Positions 1-8,095 are shown, counted from the stretch's first letter. The stretch: DNA of 32,000 bases from Gemmata obscuriglobus (GCF_008065095.1 NZ_CP042911.1:7050001-7082000); one strand, 5' to 3'. A program made the numbers and translations. Notes: generated from the sequence alone by a model not told the origin.

Positions 1-423
1 CTCGAGCACAAGCTGCACCCGTGGGTCGGGTTCGCCATCATGCCGCTGTTCGCGCTGGCCAACGCCGGGGTTCACATCGAGCCGAGCGCGGTCACGGAGC
101 CGGTCGCGATAGCGGTCGCGCTGGGGTTACTGCTGGGCAAGCCGATCGGCGTGGTGTTGTTCAGCTTCATCGCGGTCCGGCTCGGCGTCGCGCGCCTGCC
201 GCAGGGGGTGACGTGGCCGGTGCTGCTCGGCGGCGGGCTCCTCGCGGGCATCGGGTTCACGATGTCGCTGTTCGTCGCGGGGCTGGCGTTCGAGGGCCAC
301 GCACTGTTGCTCGCGGAGGCGAAAATCGGCATCCTCCTCGGCTCCGCGCTCAGCGCACTGTTCGGTACCGGCGTGCTGCTTACGTCACTACGTGGGAATC
401 CACAGGCAAAAAGTCCACATTGA
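1..423 (+). CDS. nhaA: Na+/H+ antiporter NhaA, C-terminal part (5' end outside window)
   Basis: Frame-1 translation from base 1 reads LEHKLHPWVGFAIMPLFALANAGV, the conserved NhaA core motif. Hydrophobic helices follow up to the stop at 421-423. Confidence 0.85.
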   Translation, partial: LEHKLHPWVGFAIMPLFALANAGVHIEPSAVTEPVAIAVALGLLLGKPIGVVLFSFIAVRLGVARLPQGVTWPVLLGGGLLAGIGFTMSLFVAGLAFEGHALLLAEAKIGILLGSALSALFGTGVLLTSLRGNPQAKSPH

Positions 424-474
424 GCTTGACAGGGGTATCTAGAAATCGGTTCGGATCGGGCTACGATACTCAGA

Positions 475-515
475 GCGGGGCGGTTCCACGTCGGGGCCGC
501 CCCGCATCGTTTTTT
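475..515 (+). terminator. Rho-independent terminator-like hairpin between nhaA and gcvT
   Basis: Perfect 9-bp GC stem GCGGGGCGG (475-483) / CCGCCCCGC (497-505) with a 13-nt loop, then a T6 run at 510-515. It lies 52 nt after the nhaA stop and 13 nt before the gcvT ATG. Confidence 0.6.
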
Positions 516-527
516 ATCGGGCTCACC

Positions 528-1604
528 ATGTCGAACCTGCGCACGCCGCTGTACCAGTGGCACGTCGATCACAAAGCGCGGATGGTGCCGTTCGGCGGCT
601 GGGAGATGCCGGTGCAGTACGCCGGGATCGCGCCCGAGCACAAAGCGGTGCGGTCCGGGGCCGGGCTGTTCGACATCTCGCACATGGCGCGGGTGAACTT
701 TGACGGCCCCGACGTGCTCGCGTTTCTGGAGCGGGTGTTCACCAACTCCGTTGCCACCATGAAGGCGGGGCAGGTCCGCTACGGGCTGGTGTGCAAGGAG
801 GACGGCGGCATCCTCGACGACATCCTCGTGTACCGCCTGCCGGGCAGCTTCGCGGCGGTCGTCAACGCCAGCAACCGCGAGAAGATCCTCGCGTGGTTCG
901 CGCAGCAGCGCACCGGGCTGGCGGTCGAGGTGGACGACCGCACCCCCGCCACGACGATGATCGCGGTGCAAGGGCCGAAGGCGGTGGAGCTGGTCGCGGG
1001 GGTGTTCGCGGACGACGTGAGCGCGCTGAAGTACTACTTCGCAACGCCCAGCCACTACCTCGGCAGCCCGTGCGTGGTGAGCCGCACCGGGTACACCGGC
1101 GAGGACGGGTTCGAGGTGATCGTGCCGAACGCGCTCGGCGAGCCGCTGTGGAACGAGTTCGTCGCGAAGGGGGCCGTGCCGTGCGGGCTGGGGGCGCGGG
1201 ACACACTCCGGCTCGAAGCCGCCATGCCGCTGTACGGCCACGAGCTGAACGAGGGCGTGAACCCGATCCAGGCCGGGCTGGCGTGGGCGGTCAAACTCGA
1301 CAAGGGCGACTTCCTCGGCCGCGACGCGATCCAGAAAGCCGCAACCGCGACCGAACCGGTGCGGGTGGGGTTGGAAATTGAGGGCAAGCGCGCCGCCCGC
1401 GAGGGGTGCCCGGTGCTCGCCGGGGGGCGACCGGTCGGCGGCGTCACCAGCGGGAGCCTGTGCCCGTGGCTGGACAAGTCGCTCGCGATGGGCTACGTCG
1501 AACCGGCGGCCGCCGCGGTGGGCACCAAACTCGAAGTGGACCTGCGCGGCGCCAAATTGCCCGCGACCGTCGTTCAGCTGCCGTTCTACAAACGGAAGAA
1601 GTGA
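528..1604 (+). CDS. gcvT: Aminomethyltransferase, glycine cleavage system T protein
   Basis: ATG at 528 is in frame with ORF 21..1604. Motifs seen: MSNLRTPLYQWHV, GGWEMPVQY, LFDISHM, SRTGYTGEDGFE, ARDTLRLEA. Full-length GcvT architecture, followed by gcvH and gcvP genes. Confidence 0.93.
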   Translation: MSNLRTPLYQWHVDHKARMVPFGGWEMPVQYAGIAPEHKAVRSGAGLFDISHMARVNFDGPDVLAFLERVFTNSVATMKAGQVRYGLVCKEDGGILDDILVYRLPGSFAAVVNASNREKILAWFAQQRTGLAVEVDDRTPATTMIAVQGPKAVELVAGVFADDVSALKYYFATPSHYLGSPCVVSRTGYTGEDGFEVIVPNALGEPLWNEFVAKGAVPCGLGARDTLRLEAAMPLYGHELNEGVNPIQAGLAWAVKLDKGDFLGRDAIQKAATATEPVRVGLEIEGKRAAREGCPVLAGGRPVGGVTSGSLCPWLDKSLAMGYVEPAAAAVGTKLEVDLRGAKLPATVVQLPFYKRKK

Positions 1605-1644
1605 GGGCGCGCCGCGCCCGCGTCATTCAAGGAGCTAGCTCATC

Positions 1645-2034
1645 ATGGCGAACCCGTCGAACCTGAAGTACGCGACCACGCACGAGTGGGCCAAACTGGA
1701 CGGCGACACGGTGGTTGTGGGCATCACCGCGTTCGCGGTTGAGCAACTGACCGAGCCGACCTACCTGGAGCTGCCCGCGGTGGGCACGGCGCTGGCCCCG
1801 GGCGGGAAGTTCGGCGTGATCGAGTCGTACAAGTCCACCTCGGACCTGTACTCGCCGGTCGCGGGGACGGTGGTGGAGCGGAACGACCCGCTGACGGGCG
1901 ACCCGAAGCCGGTGTACGACGACGCCTTCGGCGCCGGGTGGATGCTGAAGATCAAGCTGTCCCCGGGCGCGACGCTCGACCACCTGCTGAGCGCCGAGCA
2001 GTACGACCAGCAGCTCGCGACCGAAGGCCACTAA
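1645..2034 (+). CDS. gcvH: Glycine cleavage system H protein (lipoyl carrier)
   Basis: 129 aa. YATTHEWAK start motif and lipoyl-lysine context GVIESYKSTSDLYSPVAG. AAGGAG Shine-Dalgarno lies upstream of the ATG. Confidence 0.93.
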   Translation: MANPSNLKYATTHEWAKLDGDTVVVGITAFAVEQLTEPTYLELPAVGTALAPGGKFGVIESYKSTSDLYSPVAGTVVERNDPLTGDPKPVYDDAFGAGWMLKIKLSPGATLDHLLSAEQYDQQLATEGH

Positions 2035-2141
2035 CCGTTCGGGCCGCAGGTCGTGAGGTCGCAAAGTCAGTTCAGACGGGGCGGCTTTGCGACCGGGCGA
2101 CGTGTGACTCCCGTTATGACTACCGGTCGCAGGAGAACTTC

Positions 2142-3488
2142 GTGTCTTACGTGCTGAACACCCCGGACGATCAGAAGGCGATGCTGGCCGCGATCGGGGT
2201 TTCGTCGGTCGAGGAGCTGTTCGCCAACATCCCGCCGGAGCTGCGCCTCCCGCGCGAGCTGAACGTCCCGGCCGCGATGTCGGAGATGGAACTCCAGGCG
2301 CACCTGTCGCGGGTCCTCGCCAAGAACAAGGCCGCGGGCGATCTGGTGTGCTTCCTCGGCGGCGGCGCGTACGACCACTTCATCCCGTCCGTTGTCGATG
2401 TGGTCGCGGGGCGGAGCGAGTTCTACACCGCGTACACGCCGTACCAGGCCGAAGCCAGCCAGGGCACCCTCCAGGCGGTCTTCGAGTACCAGTCGCTGAT
2501 GTGCGAACTCACCGGCCTCGGGCTCGCCAACGCGAGCCTCTACGAGGGCGGGTCGAGCGTCGTGGAAGCGGCGTTGATGGCGCTCGGGATCACCAAGCGC
2601 ACGGAGATCCTGATCGCGGACAGCGTCCACCCCGAGTACCGGCAGACGCTGGCGACCTACGCCGCCACGCTCAACTGCACCGTCCGCACGATCGCGTGCC
2701 CGGACGGGGTGCTGAACCCCGCCGACGTGCTGGCCGCGGTGAGCGACAAGACCGCGTGCGTGATCGCTCAGTCGCCGAACTTCTTCGGGCACATCGAAGA
2801 CATGAAGGCGATCGGCGCCGCCGCGCACAAGACGGGCGCGCTGTTCGTCGCGAGCTTCGATCCGGTTTCGCAGGGGCTGCTGAAGAAGCCGGCGGAGTAC
2901 GGCGCCGACATCGCGGTGGCCGAAGGACAGGGGCTGGGCGTGCCGCTCCAGTACGGCGGGCCGTACCTGGGCATCCTCGCGTGCCACGACGAGATGGCGT
3001 ACCGGCGGAAGATCCCCGGGCGCATCGTCGGCGAGACCACCGACCGCAACGGGAAGCGCTCCTGGGTGCTGACGCTCCAGCCGCGCGAGCAGCACATCGC
3101 GCGTGAGAAGGCGACGAGCAACATTTGCAGCAACCAGGGGCTCCTGGCGCTGCGGGCGGCGGTGTACCTGAGCGCCGTCGGCCCGCAGGGGCTCAAGGAG
3201 ACCGCCGAGCTGTGCGTGCGGAAGGCGCACTACGCCGCGGAGCAACTGACGAAGGTCCCGGGCGTGTCGCTCCGCTTCCAGGCGCCGTTCGTGAAAGAGT
3301 TCACGCTGAAGGTGCCGGGCGACCCGGCGGCCGTGCTGGCGAAGCTCCGCGCCGCCGGCTACCACGCTGGGCTGCCGCTGGGCCGGTGGTATCCTGGGTT
3401 GGCCGACTGCGTCTCCGTGGCAGTGACCGAGAAGCGGACGAAGGCCGAAATCGACGGACTCGCGGAGGCGCTGAAGGCGAGCATTTAG
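2142..3488 (+). CDS. gcvPA: Glycine dehydrogenase (decarboxylating) subunit 1
   Basis: GTG at 2142 is preceded by AGGAGA. The product begins VSYVLNTPDDQKAMLAAIGV, a typical GcvPA N-terminus. The ~448-aa length fits the family. The ORF-track start at 1938 overlaps gcvH and is rejected. Confidence 0.9.
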   Translation: MSYVLNTPDDQKAMLAAIGVSSVEELFANIPPELRLPRELNVPAAMSEMELQAHLSRVLAKNKAAGDLVCFLGGGAYDHFIPSVVDVVAGRSEFYTAYTPYQAEASQGTLQAVFEYQSLMCELTGLGLANASLYEGGSSVVEAALMALGITKRTEILIADSVHPEYRQTLATYAATLNCTVRTIACPDGVLNPADVLAAVSDKTACVIAQSPNFFGHIEDMKAIGAAAHKTGALFVASFDPVSQGLLKKPAEYGADIAVAEGQGLGVPLQYGGPYLGILACHDEMAYRRKIPGRIVGETTDRNGKRSWVLTLQPREQHIAREKATSNICSNQGLLALRAAVYLSAVGPQGLKETAELCVRKAHYAAEQLTKVPGVSLRFQAPFVKEFTLKVPGDPAAVLAKLRAAGYHAGLPLGRWYPGLADCVSVAVTEKRTKAEIDGLAEALKASI

Positions 3489-3499
3489 GAGGCCCCGTA

Positions 3500-4291
3500 A
3501 TGCCGTCGCCGTTCCCCGGAATGGACCCGTGGCTGGAGCGCCCAATGGTGTTCCCGGACGTTCATCACGGGCTCATTACCTATTTGAAGGCGGCAATCTT
3601 CGCGGCGCTCCCGCCCGGCTACACCGTTTCCACTTCCAACCGCGTGTGGGTGGATATCGAGCCGGATGTCATCGTTGTTGGTCCCGATCCGGCGCCGGGT
3701 GACGGGGCGCACCTGGCGGCCACGATGTCAGCCGCCGGGCTACTTGCGATCAAAGCAGATGAGGTGCTCTCGGACCCGATTGAGGAGCCGTACCTGGCGA
3801 TCGTCTCCGGCGAGGGCGACCGGTTGGTGACGGCGGTCGAGGTGCTGAGCTTGGCGAACAAGCGGGCCGAGGACCGCGGGCGGACCTCGTACCGGCACAA
3901 GCAGAACGAGTATCGGCTTTCGAACGTGAACGTGGTGGAGATCGACCTGTTGCGCGGCGGCCCGCACACGACGGCGGTTCCGCTCCCCCGGTTGCGAGCG
4001 GTAGCCCCCAACTGCGATTACCACATCAGCGTGATGGTGGCTGGCTCGCCAAGGCACTACTTCGTCGCGCCGATCACGTTGGCCGATCGGTTGCCACATG
4101 TACCGATTCCGCTCGACTCCGGGGTGGAACCGGTCACCATCGATTTGCAAGCGGTGTTTGACCGGTGTTACGACGAGGGCGGGTTCGCGCGCCGCGTGAA
4201 GTACGCCAAACAGCAACCGGAGCCGTCGTTGACGCGCGAGCAGCAGGCGTGGGCGGAAGACCTCCTCCGCACGAAGGGGCTGCTGCCGTGA
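3500..4291 (+). CDS. DUF4058 family protein, copy 1 (263 aa)
   Basis: The N-terminus MPSPFPGMDPWLE is the hallmark of DUF4058. AGGAGG at 3487-3492 lies 7 nt before the ATG and overlaps the gcvPA stop. Motifs EPDV and VEVLSLANK resemble PD-(D/E)xK signatures. Confidence 0.8.
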   Translation: MPSPFPGMDPWLERPMVFPDVHHGLITYLKAAIFAALPPGYTVSTSNRVWVDIEPDVIVVGPDPAPGDGAHLAATMSAAGLLAIKADEVLSDPIEEPYLAIVSGEGDRLVTAVEVLSLANKRAEDRGRTSYRHKQNEYRLSNVNVVEIDLLRGGPHTTAVPLPRLRAVAPNCDYHISVMVAGSPRHYFVAPITLADRLPHVPIPLDSGVEPVTIDLQAVFDRCYDEGGFARRVKYAKQQPEPSLTREQQAWAEDLLRTKGLLP

Positions 4292-4347
4292 ACGAGGACG
4301 AGGGCGAGGCGTTTATTCGCGCGATCGTAGGAGTCGCCATTGAGTGA
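4288..4347 (+). pseudogene. Truncated remnant of a TIGR02996-type gene (19 codons)
   Basis: GTG at 4288 overlaps the copy-1 stop as GTGA. It reads VNEDEGEAFIRAIV, then diverges and stops. The same junction at 5197 opens the intact VSEDEAFIRAIVDSPGDDTPRLVYADWL gene. Confidence 0.45.
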
Positions 4348-4408
4348 GTCGTGCGGTAGGGGCGGGGCCGTTCTGAGCGTGTGAGTAAAGTCGTGAGGAG
4401 ATAGGCCA

Positions 4409-5200
4409 ATGCCATCGCCGTTTCCGGGAATGGACCCGTGGCTTGAAGGCGAGGAGGTGTTCCCAGACCTCCACCACACGTTGATCACGTACCTTCGCGA
4501 CGTCGTGAACGCGGCGCTGCCTCCAGGTTACGTTGCGACGACAGCTAACCGCGTGTGGGTAGACGACGAGCTGCGCCGCGAGCCGGACGTGGCCCTGTTC
4601 GGCCGGGACCGCGGTTCGAACGGCGGTGATGGAATCGCGGTCGCCCTGGAGGGACTGGTTGCGATCGGCCAGCGCCTCTCCCCGGAGCCGATCGAGGAGC
4701 CTTACCTGGAAATCGTGTCCGCAAAGGGCCGGCGGCTCGTCACCGCGGTCGAGGTGATCAGCCTGACGAACAAAAAAGCCGGTGAGCAGGGGCGGAAGAC
4801 ATACCAGGACAAGCAGCACGAATACGCACTCTCAGGCGTGCATCTGGTAGAAATCGACCTGCTCCGTCGCGGCCCGCACGTGACCGCGACGCCGCTCCGG
4901 GAACTGCACAAGCGACTCGGAACCTTCGACTACCACGTGAGCGTGGTGGTCGGCGGGGTGGTGCCGTCGCACTTCGCGGTGGGCGTCAAGCTGGCGGACC
5001 GGTTGCCGGCGTTCGAGATCCCGCTGGACCGCGACGTGCCACCGGTCCGGGTGGACCTCCAACCGCTCCTCGACCGCTGTTACGACAGCGGTAAGTATGC
5101 GGTGCTGGCGAACTATCGCGAGCCGTGCGATCCGCCGCTAGCGCCCGAGCAGCAGGCGTGGGCGGAAGACGTCATCCGCGCGCGGGGACTGCTGCCGTGA
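4409..5200 (+). CDS. DUF4058 family protein, copy 2 (263 aa)
   Basis: MPSPFPGMDPWLE N-terminus with a GAGGAG Shine-Dalgarno upstream. Same length as copy 1 and collinear with it, roughly 55-60% identical by eye (not computed). Confidence 0.8.
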   Translation: MPSPFPGMDPWLEGEEVFPDLHHTLITYLRDVVNAALPPGYVATTANRVWVDDELRREPDVALFGRDRGSNGGDGIAVALEGLVAIGQRLSPEPIEEPYLEIVSAKGRRLVTAVEVISLTNKKAGEQGRKTYQDKQHEYALSGVHLVEIDLLRRGPHVTATPLRELHKRLGTFDYHVSVVVGGVVPSHFAVGVKLADRLPAFEIPLDRDVPPVRVDLQPLLDRCYDSGKYAVLANYREPCDPPLAPEQQAWAEDVIRARGLLP

Positions 5201-6012
5201 GCGAGGACGAGGCGTTTATCCGGGCGATCGTGGACAGCCCTGGGGATGACACCCCGCGGCTGGTGTACGCCGACTGGCTCGACGACCGCGCCGACCCGCG
5301 GGGGCCGTACCTCCGCGCCGAGCGCGAGGCCGTTGAGACGGGCGACATCGCGCGGCTGCGCGAACTCGCGGCGGGGCTCGATCCGGTGTGGATAGCTCGC
5401 GTGAGTATGCCGCCGGTCGGGGTGTGCGTTGAGCACGTTGAACTGGAAAGGCGCGGGCCAACCGTGTCTCGTGCCGACATTGCTGCCATAGAGAGCACAA
5501 TCAGCGCCAGTTTTCCACCGGATTACGTTGCGTTCTTACTGAACTACAACGGCGGCGAAGTACCTGCTTTTCCGCGCGTTCAGACTGCCGAAGGTGAAAT
5601 CACCCGCGTATTCGAGTCCGGTTGGGTATTTGCTTCTTGCGGGCAGGTAAAGCGGTACCAGTTACGCCCGGATGGTTTTGATTTGCTCAGTGGGCAAGGC
5701 GCCGGACATCTGCTGCCACTCATTGAACCCGTTGAAAGCTGGCTTACACGCCACGTCGTCATCGGTCGCGGTCCGGATGTAATTGACTGGATGTTCCTTG
5801 GCGTTGATGGCGCGGATCGCGGGAAGCTTCACTTTCTCGACACGAGCACCGAGATCGAAGCTGGCGTTCGGCATGCGATGAATAAGCCGCCAAGGGCAAC
5901 GAGCCTCGCGGAGTTTCTTGCGTCGCTTTCTGATCCCGGTTGGTTAGGTTTGGTTCCAGGAAATGAACTCCCGCCAGCGGAAATACGCGGCGGCAATGAG
6001 ATTCCGTTCTGA
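5197..6012 (+). CDS. TIGR02996 N-terminal domain fused to an SMI1/KNR4 (SUKH) domain
   Basis: The GTG start overlaps the DUF4058 stop (GTGA). The N-terminus EAFIRAIVDSPGDDTPRLVYADWLDDRADPRG matches the TIGR02996 signature. The C-terminal half IAAIESTISASFPPDYVAFLLNYNGGE matches the SMI1/KNR4 signature. Confidence 0.75.
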   Translation: MSEDEAFIRAIVDSPGDDTPRLVYADWLDDRADPRGPYLRAEREAVETGDIARLRELAAGLDPVWIARVSMPPVGVCVEHVELERRGPTVSRADIAAIESTISASFPPDYVAFLLNYNGGEVPAFPRVQTAEGEITRVFESGWVFASCGQVKRYQLRPDGFDLLSGQGAGHLLPLIEPVESWLTRHVVIGRGPDVIDWMFLGVDGADRGKLHFLDTSTEIEAGVRHAMNKPPRATSLAEFLASLSDPGWLGLVPGNELPPAEIRGGNEIPF

Positions 6013-6019
6013 GTGAGCT

Positions 6020-7558
6020 ATGAACAACACGCAATCGACCGAAGTGATTTTCGAGCTCTCGAAGCCCGGGCGCCGGTGCCACCGGCTGCCCGCGTGCGAC
6101 GTGCCGGCGTCGAAGCCGCTCGCGGAGCTGATCCCGCAAGATCACCTCGCCAGCAGCCCGCCGCCGCTGCCCGAAGTGGGCGAGATCGACCTGATCCGCC
6201 ACTACACGAACCTGTCGGCTCGCAACATGAGCATCGACACCAACTTCTACCCGCTCGGGTCGTGTACCATGAAGTACAACCCGAAGCGGCACGAGCGGCT
6301 CGCCGCGCTCCCGCAGTACGCGAACCTGCACCCGCTCCAGCACGACGACACCACTCAGGGGATGCTCGAGATCCTCTTCGAGATGCAGCAGTTCCTGGCG
6401 GAGATCAGCGGGCTGCCGGCGGTGTCGCTGCAACCCGCCGCCGGGGCGCACGGCGAACTCGCGGCGCTGTTCGTCGCGGCGGCGTACTTCAAAGATAAGG
6501 GCGAGACGCACCGCAAGAAGGTGCTCGTCCCCGACTCCGCGCACGGCACCAACCCCGCCAGCGCCGCGCTCGCCGGGTTCGACACCGTCACCGTGAAGAG
6601 CGGGCCGAACGGGCTCGTCGACCTCAACGACCTGAAGGCGAAACTCGGCGACGACACCGCCGTGTTCATGATCACCAACCCGAACACGCTCGGGCTGTTC
6701 GAGACGCAGATCAAGACGATCACCGACCTGCTGCACAGCAAGGGCGCGCTGGTCTACCTCGACGGCGCCAACATGAACGCCATCATGGGCATGACCCGCC
6801 CAGGCGACTTCGGCGCGGACATGCAGCACTACAACGTCCACAAGACGTTCACCGGCCCGCACGGCGGCGGTGGCCCCGGGTCCGGGCCTATTGCTGTGAG
6901 GGACTTCCTCGCCCCGTACCTTCCGGCCCCGGTGGTGGTGAAGGACGGCGACCGGTTCAAGCTGAACTTCGACATGCCCAAGAGCATCGGGCGCGTGCGG
7001 AGCTTCTTCGGCAACGTCGGCATCCTGTTCCGCGGGTACTGTTACATCCGCACGCTCGGGCCGGACGGGTTGAAGCAGGCCAGCCAGCAGGCGGTGCTCA
7101 ACGCAAACTACCTGCGCAAGCGGATCAGCGAGGGGTTCGAGATCCCGCACGCTGGCCCGTGCATGCACGAGTTCGTCGCCAGCGGCCGGAACCTGCTCCG
7201 CGAGAAGAAGATCCGGGCCATCGACCTGTGCAAGCGGCTCCTCGACTTCGGGTACCACGCGCCCACCGTGTACTTCCCGATGGTGGTGGCCGAGGCGCTC
7301 ATGATGGAGCCCACCGAGACCGAGAGCAAGGAGACGCTCGACGCCTTCGCCGACGCGCTCCTGAAGATCAAGGACGAGGACCCGGAGACGCTCAAGACCG
7401 CGCCGCACACGCACATCGTGAGCCGGCCCGACGAGGTGAAGGCCGCGAAGGAGCCGCGGCTCCGCTGGCGCGCCGCCCCGGCGGTGACGGTCCCGTCGAG
7501 CGCGGTCCCGGCGGCCGAGCGGGTCGTGACCACGGGCAGCCCGGTCGGCAGCCCGTAA
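6020..7558 (+). CDS. gcvPB: Glycine dehydrogenase (decarboxylating) subunit 2
   Basis: 512 aa. Motifs: IFELSKPGRR, LGSCTMKYNP, PDSAHGTNPASA, and PLP-lysine context NVHKTFTGPHGGGGPG. The start lies 7 nt after the preceding stop. Confidence 0.93.
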   Translation: MNNTQSTEVIFELSKPGRRCHRLPACDVPASKPLAELIPQDHLASSPPPLPEVGEIDLIRHYTNLSARNMSIDTNFYPLGSCTMKYNPKRHERLAALPQYANLHPLQHDDTTQGMLEILFEMQQFLAEISGLPAVSLQPAAGAHGELAALFVAAAYFKDKGETHRKKVLVPDSAHGTNPASAALAGFDTVTVKSGPNGLVDLNDLKAKLGDDTAVFMITNPNTLGLFETQIKTITDLLHSKGALVYLDGANMNAIMGMTRPGDFGADMQHYNVHKTFTGPHGGGGPGSGPIAVRDFLAPYLPAPVVVKDGDRFKLNFDMPKSIGRVRSFFGNVGILFRGYCYIRTLGPDGLKQASQQAVLNANYLRKRISEGFEIPHAGPCMHEFVASGRNLLREKKIRAIDLCKRLLDFGYHAPTVYFPMVVAEALMMEPTETESKETLDAFADALLKIKDEDPETLKTAPHTHIVSRPDEVKAAKEPRLRWRAAPAVTVPSSAVPAAERVVTTGSPVGSP

Positions 7559-7621
7559 AGAGAAACCCGTGGCCGGCGAACCATAAGCAGGGAACGATCC
7601 TCACTCCTGGTAGGGCCGGCC

Positions 7622-7969
7622 ATGGCGGACAAAGAACCGCGGTTGATCGTGACGACCGCGATGGGCGTGGACGGGTTCGAGGTGGCCGAGTACCTCGGCG
7701 TGGTGCGCGGGATCGTGGTCCGCGCCGCGACCATCACACAGGGCATTCGCGGCGCGTTCGGCAGCTTTTTCGGGGGGAATGTTGCCGCATACGAAGAGGT
7801 GTGTGAGCAGGCACGCTCGGACGCGTTCAAGCGGATGGCCCGGCAGGCCCGCGAGATCGGTGCCGACGCCGTCATCGGCATGGCCTACGACGCGACCGAG
7901 TTCGCCCCGAACGTGACCGAGGTGTTGGCCTACGGCACCGCGGTCACGCTTCGCCCGAAGTCCGCATAG
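7622..7969 (+). CDS. YbjQ/UPF0145 family protein
   Basis: 115 aa with the typical family pattern: LIVTTAMGVDGFEVAEYLGVVRGIVVRA, GADAVIGMAYD, and AYGTAV. Confidence 0.8.
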   Translation: MADKEPRLIVTTAMGVDGFEVAEYLGVVRGIVVRAATITQGIRGAFGSFFGGNVAAYEEVCEQARSDAFKRMARQAREIGADAVIGMAYDATEFAPNVTEVLAYGTAVTLRPKSA

Positions 7970-8003
7970 CAAACTGGTCTTCCGGTTCGTGCGATGAAAA
8001 CTG

Positions 8004-8095
8004 TTTGACAGGATAGACAGGATTTCAAAGACGGTCGCGCGCTAGATCCGACCTTCCTCTTCGATCCTGTCATATCTTGTTAATCCTGTCGAAAA
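8004..8095. repeat. Short copy of the ACAGGAT heptad inverted-repeat element
   Basis: Left end is TTTGACAGGATAGACAGGATTT (8004-8025). Right end is GATCCTGTCATATCTTGTTAATCCTGTCGAAAA (8063-8095), which carries the reverse-complement heptads. Same motif family as 28080-28253. Confidence 0.55.

Noticed and set aside
21-527. N-terminal extensions offered by the ORF track for gcvT (21-527), gcvPA (1938-2141), DUF4058 copy 1 (3125-3499) and the kinase (20838-21782)
   Set aside because: The extensions overlap upstream genes or terminators and are R/G/A-rich. Internal starts with Shine-Dalgarno-like sequences reproduce the canonical family N-termini.
424-527. Glycine riboswitch upstream of gcvT
   Set aside because: Only about 50 nt lie between the nhaA stop and the terminator stem. 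I could not find the conserved glycine-aptamer core elements, and the leader is too short even for a single aptamer.
72-1241. 389-aa ORF antisense to gcvT, plus similar long ORFs at 2067-3545 (-), 5759-7414 (-), 8878-10119 (-), 10252-12162 (-), 14535-16511 (-) and 26012-27922 (-)
   Set aside because: All lie opposite genes with clear family motifs. Their products are Arg/Pro/Gly/Ala-rich low-complexity strings with no recognisable motifs. Stop-free antisense frames are expected in DNA this GC-rich.
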